Shown piece after piece: positions 41,367-50,932 of a DNA stretch of 54,973 nt. This DNA comes from Armatimonadota bacterium. GTDB lineage: Bacteria; Armatimonadota; Armatimonadia; Armatimonadales; Armatimonadaceae. The DNA is taken from the NCBI GenBank assembly GCA_043754515.1, contig JAYUUO010000039.1, positions 1-54,973 of the forward strand, written 5' to 3'. Under the pieces are notes generated by a model. That model saw nothing but the letters and a program-made list of their open reading frames with translations. It searched no databases and was not told the origin of the DNA. Within the stretch, counting starts at the first letter, position 1. Every line of letters starts with the position of its first letter. Both the position numbers and the translations under genes were made by a program.

Positions 41367-43844
41367 ATGCCGAAAGCCCTTATGATCCGCCCCGAGGAAG
41401 TCCGCCGCGCGGGGCATGTCTCCTTTTCCCCGATCCCGATCAACCAGTACGCCCGAACAATGGCGGACGAAATGGGACGGTTCGCCGCGCCCGACCTGAT
41501 CCGTATTTACCGCGACATGGCGATCATCCGGGCGTTCGAGAACATGCTCCAAGAGGTTAAAATCCAGCGAGGGTACAAAGGCTCGCCGTACGATCACCGG
41601 GGTCCCGCGCACCTATCTATCGGGCAGGAGGCGTCGGCGGTCGGGCAGGCGTTCCTGCTCGGCGTTGACGACCATATTTTCGGCTCACACCGCTCGCACG
41701 GCGAGATCCTGGCGAAGGGACTGTCCGCCATCGAGAAGTTGCCGGACGACGAACTGGAGCGGATAATGCGCGGCTTCATGGGCGGCATCGCGTTGCGGGC
41801 AATCGAAGCCGACGCGGACACCTCCTCGGTGAAAGCGTTGGCGGTTGATTTTCTGCTGTACGGCACACTCGCGGAGATCTTCGGGCGTGAAACGGGATTT
41901 AATAGGGGCATGGGCGGCTCCATGCACGCCTTCTTCGTCCCGTTCGGCGTGTATCCGAACAACGCTATCGTGGGTGGGTCGGCGGACATCGCGGTCGGCG
42001 CGGCACTCTACAAGCGGGTCAACAAGAAACCAGGCGTCGTGATCGCGAACATCGGCGACGCGTCGGCGAACTGCGGGCCGACCTGGGAGGCACTTTGTTT
42101 CGCGACGATGGATCAGTTCAAGACGCTTTGGGAAGGGGCGGCGCGCGGCGGCCTCCCACTCATTATGAACTTCGTCAACAACTTCTACGGTATGGGCGGG
42201 CAACCAGTCGGCGAAACCGGCGGCTTCGGCGTACTCGCCCGGATGGGCGCGGGGCTGAACCCCGAGCAGTGTCACGCGGAGCGCGTGGACGGCTACAACC
42301 CGCTCGCCGTGATTGATGCCATCTCGCGCAAGCGGGCGGTGCTGGAAAATGGCGACGGGCCGGTCCTTCTCGACACGATCACCTATCGCTTCTCCGGTCA
42401 CTCGCCCTCGGACGCCTCGTCGTACCGCGAGAAGACGGAGATCGAGGAGTGGCAGGGTGTTGACTCGCTCGTCACGTACAAGAACGAACTTCTTCAGAAT
42501 AAAGTGGCGACCGTCGCGGAACTGGAGATGATCTACGAGTACGTGGACGCCGCCGTGCTACGCGCCTACCACAAAGCTATTGACCCGGAGGGCTCGCCAC
42601 GCGCCGATCTATTCGTCGTCGACAACCTACTGGAGCGCACGATGTTTAGCAACGGGCACGTCCTATCGTGCGACCCGGAGCGCGAGCCGGACACGCTGTT
42701 GCCGCTCGATGAGAACCCGCGCGCGAAAAGTCTGCTGGCACGCTCCCGCTCGGGCGTCGGCGAGAACAGCGAGTTGCTCCCCCGCTCGCGCTGTATCGGG
42801 GTACGCGACGCCCTGTTCGAGGCGATTCTGCCCCGCTTCTACGAGGATGCGACGCTGATCGCGTACGGCGAGGAAAACCGGGACTGGGGCGGGGCGTTCG
42901 CGGTGTATCGTGGTCTGACGGAAGCGTTGCCGTACCACCGACTGTTCAACTCGCCGATCTCCGAAGCCGCTATCGTTGGAACAGCAGTCGGCTACGCGCT
43001 CGCGGGCGGGCGTCCACTGGTCGAGCTGATGTACTGCGACTTCATGGGGCGGGCCGGGGACGAGATATTCAACCAGCTAGCGAAGTGGCAGTCCATGAGC
43101 GGGGGCGAACTGCGCATGCCGGTCGTTCTGCGCGTATCGGTCGGCTCGAAATATGGGGCGCAACACTCGCAGGATTGGTCGTCTTTGTGCGCCCACATCC
43201 CCGGCTTGAAGGTCGTGTTCCCGGCGACCCCGTACGACGCGAAAGGATTGATGGCGTCCGCACTAATGGGTACCGACCCCGTTATCTTCTTCGAGTCACA
43301 GCGGCTTTACGACATGCCGGAGTTGTTTCGCGGCGCGGAGGGGGTCCCGTTGGAGTCATACGCAGTGCCCATCGGCGAGCCGGAGATCAAACGCGAGGGA
43401 AGCGACTTGACGATCCTGACGGTCGGCGCGACGCTGTACCGCGCCTTGGACGCGGCGCGGATCCTAGAGGAGCAATACGGGCTGTCCGCCGAGGTGATTG
43501 ACGCCCGCTCCCTGGTGCCGTTCAACTACGAGCCGGTGGTCGCGTCGGTCAAGAAGACGGGCAAGATCCTGCTCGCCTCCGACGCATCGGAGCGGGGTAG
43601 TATCCTGCAAACGTTCGCGACTACCATCGGGACGTTGGCATTCGACTACCTGGACGCGCCCCCGGTCGTGGTCGGTGCCCGCAACTGGATTACACCGCCC
43701 GACGAGATTGAGGAGGCGTTCTTCCCATTCCCGGCGGATATTCTCGACGCTATCCACACGCACCTGCGACCTCTCGCGGGTTATGCCGAGAAGCGTCCCT
43801 GCGACGGTCCCGAACTAATGCGGCGGGCGCGGTTCGGGGTGTAA
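41367..43844 (+). CDS. fused TPP-dependent 2-oxoacid dehydrogenase E1 alpha+beta
   Basis: [27 protein letters not shown] motif, TYRFSGHS; beta part [21 protein letters not shown]. Confidence 0.9.
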   Translation: MPKALMIRPEEVRRAGHVSFSPIPINQYARTMADEMGRFAAPDLIRIYRDMAIIRAFENMLQEVKIQRGYKGSPYDHRGPAHLSIGQEASAVGQAFLLGVDDHIFGSHRSHGEILAKGLSAIEKLPDDELERIMRGFMGGIALRAIEADADTSSVKALAVDFLLYGTLAEIFGRETGFNRGMGGSMHAFFVPFGVYPNNAIVGGSADIAVGAALYKRVNKKPGVVIANIGDASANCGPTWEALCFATMDQFKTLWEGAARGGLPLIMNFVNNFYGMGGQPVGETGGFGVLARMGAGLNPEQCHAERVDGYNPLAVIDAISRKRAVLENGDGPVLLDTITYRFSGHSPSDASSYREKTEIEEWQGVDSLVTYKNELLQNKVATVAELEMIYEYVDAAVLRAYHKAIDPEGSPRADLFVVDNLLERTMFSNGHVLSCDPEREPDTLLPLDENPRAKSLLARSRSGVGENSELLPRSRCIGVRDALFEAILPRFYEDATLIAYGEENRDWGGAFAVYRGLTEALPYHRLFNSPISEAAIVGTAVGYALAGGRPLVELMYCDFMGRAGDEIFNQLAKWQSMSGGELRMPVVLRVSVGSKYGAQHSQDWSSLCAHIPGLKVVFPATPYDAKGLMASALMGTDPVIFFESQRLYDMPELFRGAEGVPLESYAVPIGEPEIKREGSDLTILTVGATLYRALDAARILEEQYGLSAEVIDARSLVPFNYEPVVASVKKTGKILLASDASERGSILQTFATTIGTLAFDYLDAPPVVVGARNWITPPDEIEEAFFPFPADILDAIHTHLRPLAGYAEKRPCDGPELMRRARFGV

Positions 43845-43852
43845 CCCCCCTA

Positions 43853-44764
43853 TCACTCCTCCGTCACCGTCTCCGGCGTGTTGAGGCTTAACCGGCCCAT
43901 CAGCACGCCGTAGGTCTGCGGCTCGCGGCGTAGGAGGAACGGGAACCGGGCGCGCCACCGCTCCAGCGTCGCCGGGTCGAGATCGGCGATGATAGCCTCC
44001 TCGCCGTCCCTTGACCCTCGCGTGAGAACCGCGCCATCTGGTGCTATAATCACGCTGGAGCCGAAGAATCTGGTGCCCTGCTCCGTTCCCACTCTGTTAG
44101 CAGCCGCGACGAAAACTCCGTTAATGATAGCGTGTGACTGCAAGACGGCCACCCACGCCTCCTGCCCGTCCGGGTCAGCGTCACCACTCTGGTGGCCCTG
44201 CGATGACGGGGATAGGATCAACTCCGCGCCCTTCATCGCGTGAATACGCGCCAATTCGGGGAACCACAGGTCGTAGCCGGTCGGGATGGCCACCCGTGCG
44301 TCCGGCAGACCGAATACCGGGTAGTCGGAGTTGCCGACGCCGAAGTACTCGGTCTCGTAAGTGCCGGTGCCGACCGCGACGTGTTGGGCGCGACACGCCG
44401 CGCTGATGTTGCCTTCCGGGTCGAGCAACACGGCGGTATTGAATCGCGCCCCCTTCTGCTTGCGAAAGCCCAGCCCCCCGCGCTCGTAGAGCGACCCCAG
44501 TACATAAACTTTGTTGTGTGCCGCGAGTTCACCGAGGAGGCGGCACGAGTCGCCGTGCGGGATGCTTTCTGGCAACGGCTCCTCGGTGCCCCAATCGGCA
44601 CGCGGTTTCAGCCCGAGGTAAGGAGACAGTGAAAGTTCGGGTAGTACCACGATCTTCGCGCCTTTGCGGGCGGCGTCGGCGACGAGTAGCTGGTACTTCC
44701 CCGCCATCGCGCCCGGCGCGGGGTTGTAGGCGACCTGTATAAGTGCAACACGTAAACTGTTCAT
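43853..44764 (-). CDS. carbon-nitrogen hydrolase (AguB-like) with degenerate catalytic triad
   Basis: LPEL, FNTAV, YDLWFPE, ANRVG scaffold motifs. Catalytic Lys and Cys are missing. Confidence 0.85.
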   Translation of the reverse strand: MNSLRVALIQVAYNPAPGAMAGKYQLLVADAARKGAKIVVLPELSLSPYLGLKPRADWGTEEPLPESIPHGDSCRLLGELAAHNKVYVLGSLYERGGLGFRKQKGARFNTAVLLDPEGNISAACRAQHVAVGTGTYETEYFGVGNSDYPVFGLPDARVAIPTGYDLWFPELARIHAMKGAELILSPSSQGHQSGDADPDGQEAWVAVLQSHAIINGVFVAAANRVGTEQGTRFFGSSVIIAPDGAVLTRGSRDGEEAIIADLDPATLERWRARFPFLLRREPQTYGVLMGRLSLNTPETVTEE

Positions 44765-44827
44765 GCGATCATCCGTTCTTTGTTTCAATCGGGGTTAATT
44801 GACCAGGGCGGGAATCGCCTCGGGGCA

Positions 44828-47044
44828 TCAGGGCGTAGGGGTACCGCTGGTCGGCGCGGGTTCCGGCCGCGTCAGGGACACGAACTTGTCGAGCCGCTCC
44901 AGTGTTTGCGCTTCCACCGTCGCGCCTACCTCCTGGTCACTGCTCTTCCCGAGCCGCTTCATGGCTTCGCGCCGCCCCCGAAGAACGCGGTCGGTGTAAA
45001 GGGAACGCACCTCGGCGCGGCGTGCGTCCGCGTTCCCGCCGAGTGTCGCGAGTTCAGCGATCTGGTAAGGCGGCGCGGTTCGGGAGTAGTCTTCGATGAT
45101 ACGTTGCGCGGTGGCGAATCGTGCATTTGCCTCGTCAAGGTCGCCGCGCTTGAGGGAGTCTTCCGCGACCGCCACATAGGCGAACGCCGGGAGTGTGTCC
45201 ACCAGTTCCGGCAGGGCGCGAATTTTACCGGCTGGCCCCTCGGCCACCTGGATCACATCCAGATAGGTGAACAGCGAGCCCGTCGTGTCGCCGCCTTTTG
45301 TCTGCGTCTCCGCGAGTGCTTTCAAGGTTTGCAGGTTGTTCGGATCCGCCTTCCGCGCGTCTCCGAATATCTTCGTGGCCTTATCCCAGTCGCCATCCCG
45401 CTCGAAGAGGCGGGCGAGCTGGTACAATCGCCTCCCGTTCGGTGACAGAAAAGCGGCGGTGGCCGGGTCTCCGGCAAGCGCGTATAACTGAGGGTCGGCA
45501 GGGCTTACTCGCCCCGCCGCCTCCTTCGCGAGCGAGGTCGTCTCGTTCGGGTCGGTTCGCGCTTGAAGCGTCAGTCGGTCGCGTTCGGCTTGACCGGTCC
45601 TGAGCACGAGCGTCAGCGCGAGAGACGCCGCGAGGAAAAGCGTGGCTCCCCATCGCGCGGCAGGGGGATACTTTTCTGGTTCCAGGGGCGCGGTTTCACG
45701 GGTACCGACCAGCATCCCGAGGATGGCGAAGAAAGGCACCCCGCAGGCGAGGAGCATCCACTCCGAGTCGAACACGCTCCGGCCCAGCGCGGCAACCGCC
45801 CCGCCGAGCAGGGCTGGCACCAGTAGTGAATGGGAGGGCGCAGTGTTCGTGCCTGGTGATTCCCGACCCCGCCTCACCCTGGTGATAACCGCGCCGCACA
45901 CCCCGACGATAAGTGCCAGGAGCGCGGGGTACCCAGACTCGCTAGCGAGTTGTAAGTAGGACGAGTGCGCCTGGCCCGTCCAGCCGACGCGCGCGTAGCG
46001 TGGATAGGTAAACGGGAACGTGCCCGGCCCGGCTCCGAAAATGGGGTTCGCGTTCGCCATAGCCAGACTCCCCCGCCATGTTTCTTTGCGAAACGCTCCC
46101 GAATGATCATCCGCCGTGCCGCCGCCGCTCGTGGTAGCGGGGAGTGCCGCGCCGCCAACCGCCGAGTTGGTTCCAGGGAGGGCGACGACGCGGCCGAGCA
46201 TCGGCGCGCCGAATAACATGCCGAACAGGAGCAGGATCGCCGCCGCCGCGCCCACCCGACCCCACGGAGTTCGCTTTCCGCCGCGCAACGCATAGGTAAG
46301 CGGGATCACCAGCCCGACGCCCGCGAGTACCAGCCCCGCCCGTGACCCGGTCATCATCAGCATCGCGAACAGCAAGCCAGTGGCGGAAGCCGATGCCACG
46401 ACCGCGATTAATACCCCAGCCTCTAAAAATATTGCCAGAGCGAGGGGTAGCAGGAGCGCGCAAAATCCGCCCGCGAAGTTCGGGGAGAAGAAGGTGGCCG
46501 ACTCTCGGTGTGCCACCCGCTCCGCGCCAGGGACGCCGCCGAACGACACGATGCCGACCACCGCGCAACAGACGCCGCCCGCCAGAAGCATGATCGCCAT
46601 TCGGGGCAGATTCGCCCTATCTTCACCCGCGTACCGCGCCGCGAGTGCGAAGGCCAGCGCATAGATTAGCCAATTCAACGTCTCGGGGAGCATCGCGAAT
46701 AGGTAAACGGGCGAAGTAAACCCGCGCGAGTGGACGATGAGCGAGAGGGCGACCCAGAAGGCGGTGCCGTACACGCCCACGCGGGCGGCCGCGTACGCCG
46801 GAGTGCGCTCAGCTCCATACGGCGCGGATAGCACAGTCGTCAGAAGTGCCGCTGTCAGCACGAGGCCGCGAAGCACCCCCGACATCGAATCGCCCCCCCA
46901 CGCGGCGACCGCGTAATCCGGGCCGACAGGGGTCCCGCCGAGGAGCGGGGCGAGTAGCAACGCCGCGAGAAAGACGTAAAAGCCCCACCGCGCGAACCGG
47001 GCGGTCGGCTTTGCATCGTCAGTGAGGGCGGGGCGGGTACTCAC
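44828..47044 (-). CDS. O-antigen ligase (Wzy_C) family membrane protein with C-terminal TPR
   Basis: ATFFSPN.AG, TGSRAG, R..TW..NPIFGAGPGTF, AHSSYLQLASE.G, TPR-like helices. Confidence 0.85.
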   Translation of the reverse strand: MSTRPALTDDAKPTARFARWGFYVFLAALLLAPLLGGTPVGPDYAVAAWGGDSMSGVLRGLVLTAALLTTVLSAPYGAERTPAYAAARVGVYGTAFWVALSLIVHSRGFTSPVYLFAMLPETLNWLIYALAFALAARYAGEDRANLPRMAIMLLAGGVCCAVVGIVSFGGVPGAERVAHRESATFFSPNFAGGFCALLLPLALAIFLEAGVLIAVVASASATGLLFAMLMMTGSRAGLVLAGVGLVIPLTYALRGGKRTPWGRVGAAAAILLLFGMLFGAPMLGRVVALPGTNSAVGGAALPATTSGGGTADDHSGAFRKETWRGSLAMANANPIFGAGPGTFPFTYPRYARVGWTGQAHSSYLQLASESGYPALLALIVGVCGAVITRVRRGRESPGTNTAPSHSLLVPALLGGAVAALGRSVFDSEWMLLACGVPFFAILGMLVGTRETAPLEPEKYPPAARWGATLFLAASLALTLVLRTGQAERDRLTLQARTDPNETTSLAKEAAGRVSPADPQLYALAGDPATAAFLSPNGRRLYQLARLFERDGDWDKATKIFGDARKADPNNLQTLKALAETQTKGGDTTGSLFTYLDVIQVAEGPAGKIRALPELVDTLPAFAYVAVAEDSLKRGDLDEANARFATAQRIIEDYSRTAPPYQIAELATLGGNADARRAEVRSLYTDRVLRGRREAMKRLGKSSDQEVGATVEAQTLERLDKFVSLTRPEPAPTSGTPTP

Positions 47045-47961
47045 GGGCGCGGGTTCCCCCCCGTAAACGGGTTAATGAGCCGTCTGCGCCCGATGCGGAC
47101 TATGGCGCGTAGGAAGATGCCGGGATAGATGAACGGCTTCAGTAGCCCGAGCACTCGCCCGCCGAAGAAAGCCGTGTGCTTACGATAGAACTTCCACATC
47201 GAGCGCGAGTGTTCCCAGATCATCCGGTCGGCGGCACGATCCGACGACTTGCCGATGGCGTGAGTGACCACTGTGCCGGGAAAATAGACCACGCGACTTC
47301 CGGCCTCATGGGCGCGTAAGCAAATATCCATATCCTCGCAATACATGAAAAATGTCGCCTCGTCCAGCGTGCCGATCTTGTCCAGCAGATCTTTGCGGAG
47401 CAGCATCGCGCAACCGGACACCCAATCCACGTCACGCACACTGTTATGGTCGAAATCCTGCATCAGATAGTCGGACGCGGGGCGGTTTCCTGGAAACAAT
47501 CTGCCGAGGTAAACGTTGCGAAACATCCCCGCCGCGAACGTCGGCCACCGCCGACAGGAATACTGTATCGAGCCGTCCAGATTGATCACGCGCGGCCCGA
47601 TAACGCCCGCGTCGGGTGTGTCGTCGGCGAAGTCAACGAGCGCATCCAGTCCGCCTGCGGCGACGGTCGCGTCCGAGTTCAGAAGCAACACGTAGTCCGT
47701 TTCGAGGCGTTGTAGCACCCGGTTGTTGCCGCCCGAGAAGCCCAGATTTGCCCCGGTGCGGATCAGTGTCACCTCCGGAAATTCCGCCTCGACCACCTCC
47801 GGCGAGCCGTCGCGCGAATCGTTGTCGGCGACGGTCACGGTGACACTGCCGGGGCGGGCGGACGCCGCCCGCAGACTGCGCAGACACTCAACCAGATCCT
47901 CTCTCGCGTTCCAACTCACGACGCAAATCGTCAGGCGTGGTCTCACCGCCCCATTTTCCAA
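47041..47961 (-). CDS. glycosyltransferase family 2
   Basis: DNDSRDGS, NLGF..GNN, LLNSD, VSGCAML, FMYCEDMD. Confidence 0.9.
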   Translation of the reverse strand: MENGAVRPRLTICVVSWNAREDLVECLRSLRAASARPGSVTVTVADNDSRDGSPEVVEAEFPEVTLIRTGANLGFSGGNNRVLQRLETDYVLLLNSDATVAAGGLDALVDFADDTPDAGVIGPRVINLDGSIQYSCRRWPTFAAGMFRNVYLGRLFPGNRPASDYLMQDFDHNSVRDVDWVSGCAMLLRKDLLDKIGTLDEATFFMYCEDMDICLRAHEAGSRVVYFPGTVVTHAIGKSSDRAADRMIWEHSRSMWKFYRKHTAFFGGRVLGLLKPFIYPGIFLRAIVRIGRRRLINPFTGGNPRP

Positions 47962-48832
47962 GAGATTGTCCCCATCGTCCCGTACGCGCCCAGGCGTCCA
48001 GCGTGATAAAAAGTTGCAGTAGCCATAGGATAAACACGCCGACCGTCACAGCGTAATGTTTGCCTAAAAAACGGAGCATTGCCCGCCGCGACTCCCACAC
48101 CGCCGCCCGACGCACACGTTTCGTCGTGCCGCCGTAGCCGTGCGTCGCCACCGCATCCGGCGTGTAGTATATCCGGTACCCGGCGTTGTATGCCCGTAGA
48201 CACCAGTCGGCATCGTTGAAGTAGAGCGGAAACCGTTCGTCCATCGCCCCGACCCGATCCCACGCGGCGCGCCGAATCAGGAAACAGGACGCCATCGGTT
48301 GCGGGGCCTCGCCAGACACGTCGTAGTCGAACCACGGCATCCGCCACCCCGCCCACTTCCGGCTGTTTTTGAGTAGACGAGAGAGCAACAGAAACTCGCC
48401 GAGTAGCGCGGTCGGGGTCGGGAAGCCGCGCACCGAGGCTTGTGTCGTCCCGTCCTCATGGACCAGCCTCGGCGCGACCGCCGCCGCGTCCGGATGCTCA
48501 TGCAGAAACGCGACCAGCATGGTGAGCGTCCCCGGCCCGACCCGCGCGTCCGGGTTCAGTAACAGGAGCAGGTCGCCTGTCGCCGCCGCCGCCGCCTGGT
48601 TCACGCCCCGCGCATATAGGTCATTCGCCTCGTTCACGATCAGCAACGCCTCGGGGAACAACTCGCGCACCATTCCCGCCGCGCCATCCGACGAGGCGTT
48701 GTCCACGACGATCACCTCCTGAGACCCCGCCGAGTACGAGAAGTCGCGCAGGGATTGGAGGCAAATCCGAAGATCGTCCTTCGTGTTCCAGTGTACGAGC
48801 AGGACGGATAGGCGCGGGGACAATAACGGCAC
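47888..48832 (-). CDS. glycosyltransferase family 2
   Basis: VDNASSDG, LLNPD, MDERFPLYFNDADWC. Confidence 0.9.
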   Translation of the reverse strand: MPLLSPRLSVLLVHWNTKDDLRICLQSLRDFSYSAGSQEVIVVDNASSDGAAGMVRELFPEALLIVNEANDLYARGVNQAAAAATGDLLLLLNPDARVGPGTLTMLVAFLHEHPDAAAVAPRLVHEDGTTQASVRGFPTPTALLGEFLLLSRLLKNSRKWAGWRMPWFDYDVSGEAPQPMASCFLIRRAAWDRVGAMDERFPLYFNDADWCLRAYNAGYRIYYTPDAVATHGYGGTTKRVRRAAVWESRRAMLRFLGKHYAVTVGVFILWLLQLFITLDAWARTGRWGQSLGKWGGETTPDDLRRELERERGSG

Positions 48833-48853
48833 GAGCCATTATACAGCGAATCG

Positions 48854-49051
48854 CTAACCCGCCTCGACGTTGCTCCCCTCGCAAAACTCCCACTCGGCCG
48901 CATGTGCCTCGACATTTTCTTCGTCGGCGGGGCGCGGGATCAGCTGGAGTTGGCGGCTGATCGCACGCGCTGCTCTACCTACCACCGCCGAATAGGTCGG
49001 GTAGGCAAGCTCCATAGCGGCGAGTTGCTCGACCCGTAGCGCGCCCGCCAT
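48854..49051 (-). pseudogene. C-terminal remnant of a pyridine nucleotide-disulfide oxidoreductase
   Basis: MAGALRVEQLAAMELAYPTYSAVVGRAAR resembles the end of the dimerisation domain. No FAD/NAD domains upstream. Confidence 0.55.
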
Positions 49052-49190
49052 CGCCCCCGCGCCTGAGTGTACCCAGCTCCGGAGGGGACCACGACATTCC
49101 TGCTATTCGGTTTGCGACGCACGCTCCCGCGCGGTATACTCCCCCTCGTACAACTTAAATCAAGGGGACGCGAACATCCGTTCGCGTCGT

Positions 49191-49241
49191 TCTTCCTGCT
49201 TCCGGGCGGATAGTCCGGGAGCCGTACAGACCACAGGGAGG
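49191..49241 (+). promoter_or_regulatory. S6:S18 ribosomal protein leader RNA
   Basis: CTTCCTG pairs with CAGGGAG(G), which covers the RBS. Inner hairpin GCTTCCGGGC...GTCCGGGAGC, followed by CGTACAGACCA, as in Firmicute-type rpsF leaders. Confidence 0.7.
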
Positions 49242-49251
49242 AAAACACTTC

Positions 49252-49716
49252 ATGGCACAAGCAGCCTATGAGGCGGTCTTCATATTGGCGACCGGACAGG
49301 CGGACGACTCGGTCCGCAACACGGTGGAGAAATACCGCGGCGTGATCGAGAACGCGGGCGGGACGATTGACGACATTGACATGTGGGAGCCGCGCCGACT
49401 GGCGTACCCGATCAAGAAGAACCGGGAGGCGGTCTACGCGGTCGTCAACTTCATCTCCAACCCGGAAGCGAAGAACGAACTCGACCGCATCTGCCGGATC
49501 AGCGACGACGTTCTGCGCCACATGATCGTCAAGCAGGACAAGAAGGCGGATCGCTTTCCCAGCAAGATCCGCGCCGCCGAAGCCGAGAAACGGGAGCGCG
49601 ACATGGCGGCACGGGTCGCCGCGCAACAGCAGAACGCCCCCGCCGAGGCACCCGTCGTGACGGATCTACCCGCCGAAGACGCGGGCGACACACCCCAAAC
49701 TGTTTCCGAGGAGTAA
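49252..49716 (+). CDS. rpsF: 30S ribosomal protein S6
   Basis: YEAVFIL, W..RRLAYPIKK, VLRHMIVK, acidic tail. Confidence 0.95.
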   Translation: MAQAAYEAVFILATGQADDSVRNTVEKYRGVIENAGGTIDDIDMWEPRRLAYPIKKNREAVYAVVNFISNPEAKNELDRICRISDDVLRHMIVKQDKKADRFPSKIRAAEAEKRERDMAARVAAQQQNAPAEAPVVTDLPAEDAGDTPQTVSEE

Positions 49717-49883
49717 ACACGAGGAACTCCTTCGGGGGAATGCCGCATAATGGGTATGCGGCGCGGTGGTACTAATAGTGCCATTTAGCGACCCCGCTAA
49801 ACCGGTGTAGCGAGTTTTGACACAGTAGCGGACCGGCGGGACCACCGGATACGTCCCCCCGCGATCCAGGAAGGAACGTTTCG

Positions 49884-50489
49884 ATGAATTATAACCGCAT
49901 CATTCTGATCGGGCGCATGGTCAATGACCCCGAACTCAAGTATACGCCGTCCGGTATTGCCGTGACGCAGTTCCGTCTCGCCGTCAACCGGCCCATCTCC
50001 GCCGAGGCGAAGGCACAAGGCACGCAGGAGCAGGCCGACTTTATTGACATCTCGACCTGGCGGCAGAGCGCGGAGTATGCGGCGCAGTACCTGAACAAGG
50101 GGCGCCTCGTGCTTGTGGAAGGCCGCCTCCAAATCCGCGACTACGTGGATAAGGAAGGCCAGAAACGCAAGGCCGCCGAAGTGGTCGCCGATACAGTTAA
50201 AGGGCTGGATCGGCGCGAGCAGGGCGAGGGCGAGCAGGGTGGCGGCGGCGGACAGCAACAGTACGCGAGCGGCGGCGGCTACTCCTCCGGGAACGCCCCG
50301 GCGCAGGATGGGGGCGGAGGCCGCTCCGAGTACGATCAGACGCCACGCCAGCAACAGCCGACGGCTCAAGCGAATCGCGGGGGCGGCGGGAATGCCGCGC
50401 CGCGACCGGCGGCAGGGAATCGAAACGCTCCTCCCGGACAGAACATGAACGACAGCGCGGACGGGTTCGACGACCCGTTCGCCGAATAG
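49884..50489 (+). CDS. ssb: single-stranded DNA-binding protein
   Basis: N.IILIGR..DPELKYTPSG, KGRLVLVEGRLQ, Gly/Gln linker, DDPF tail. Confidence 0.96.
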   Translation: MNYNRIILIGRMVNDPELKYTPSGIAVTQFRLAVNRPISAEAKAQGTQEQADFIDISTWRQSAEYAAQYLNKGRLVLVEGRLQIRDYVDKEGQKRKAAEVVADTVKGLDRREQGEGEQGGGGGQQQYASGGGYSSGNAPAQDGGGGRSEYDQTPRQQQPTAQANRGGGGNAAPRPAAGNRNAPPGQNMNDSADGFDDPFAE

Positions 50490-50549
50490 AAATTACCGGC
50501 GGGTGCCTGATGACATAGGCACCTGCTCCTCGAAAGAAAGATACCAAAA

Positions 50550-50804
50550 ATGCCTGTTGTACGCGCCCCGCGTCGCACCAAGTTCAAAAAGGTGAAGCGG
50601 AAGGTCTGCTTCTTCACGGTGCAGAAGATTGACTTCATTGACTACAAGAACGTCGCCCTATTGCGGCGGTTTGTTTCCGAGCGCGGCAAAATCCTACCGC
50701 GACGCACCACTGGCACCAACGCCCGCTACCAGCGGATGTTGACCACAGCGATCAAGCGGGCGCGCGAAATCGCTCTGCTCCCGTTCGTGGCGGAAAACGT
50801 CTAA
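50550..50804 (+). CDS. rpsR: 30S ribosomal protein S18
   Basis: [26 protein letters not shown]....AIKRAR..ALLPF. Confidence 0.96.
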   Translation: MPVVRAPRRTKFKKVKRKVCFFTVQKIDFIDYKNVALLRRFVSERGKILPRRTTGTNARYQRMLTTAIKRAREIALLPFVAENV

Positions 50805-50824
50805 AACGTTCAGCCGGGACCGCG

Positions 50825-50876
50825 TCGCGTCGAACCGTATGGCTTCTCTGGGAGTGATACGGTTCGGCGCGATTTT
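50825..50876 (+). terminator. intrinsic terminator after rpsR
   Basis: TCGCGTCGAACCGTAT / ATACGGTTCGGCGCGA stem followed by TTTT. Confidence 0.65.
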
Positions 50877-50932
50877 GAGTTGAATAGATAGGCCCGCAAC
50901 CGTTTACCCCGATTCACGTCTAACACGATACC

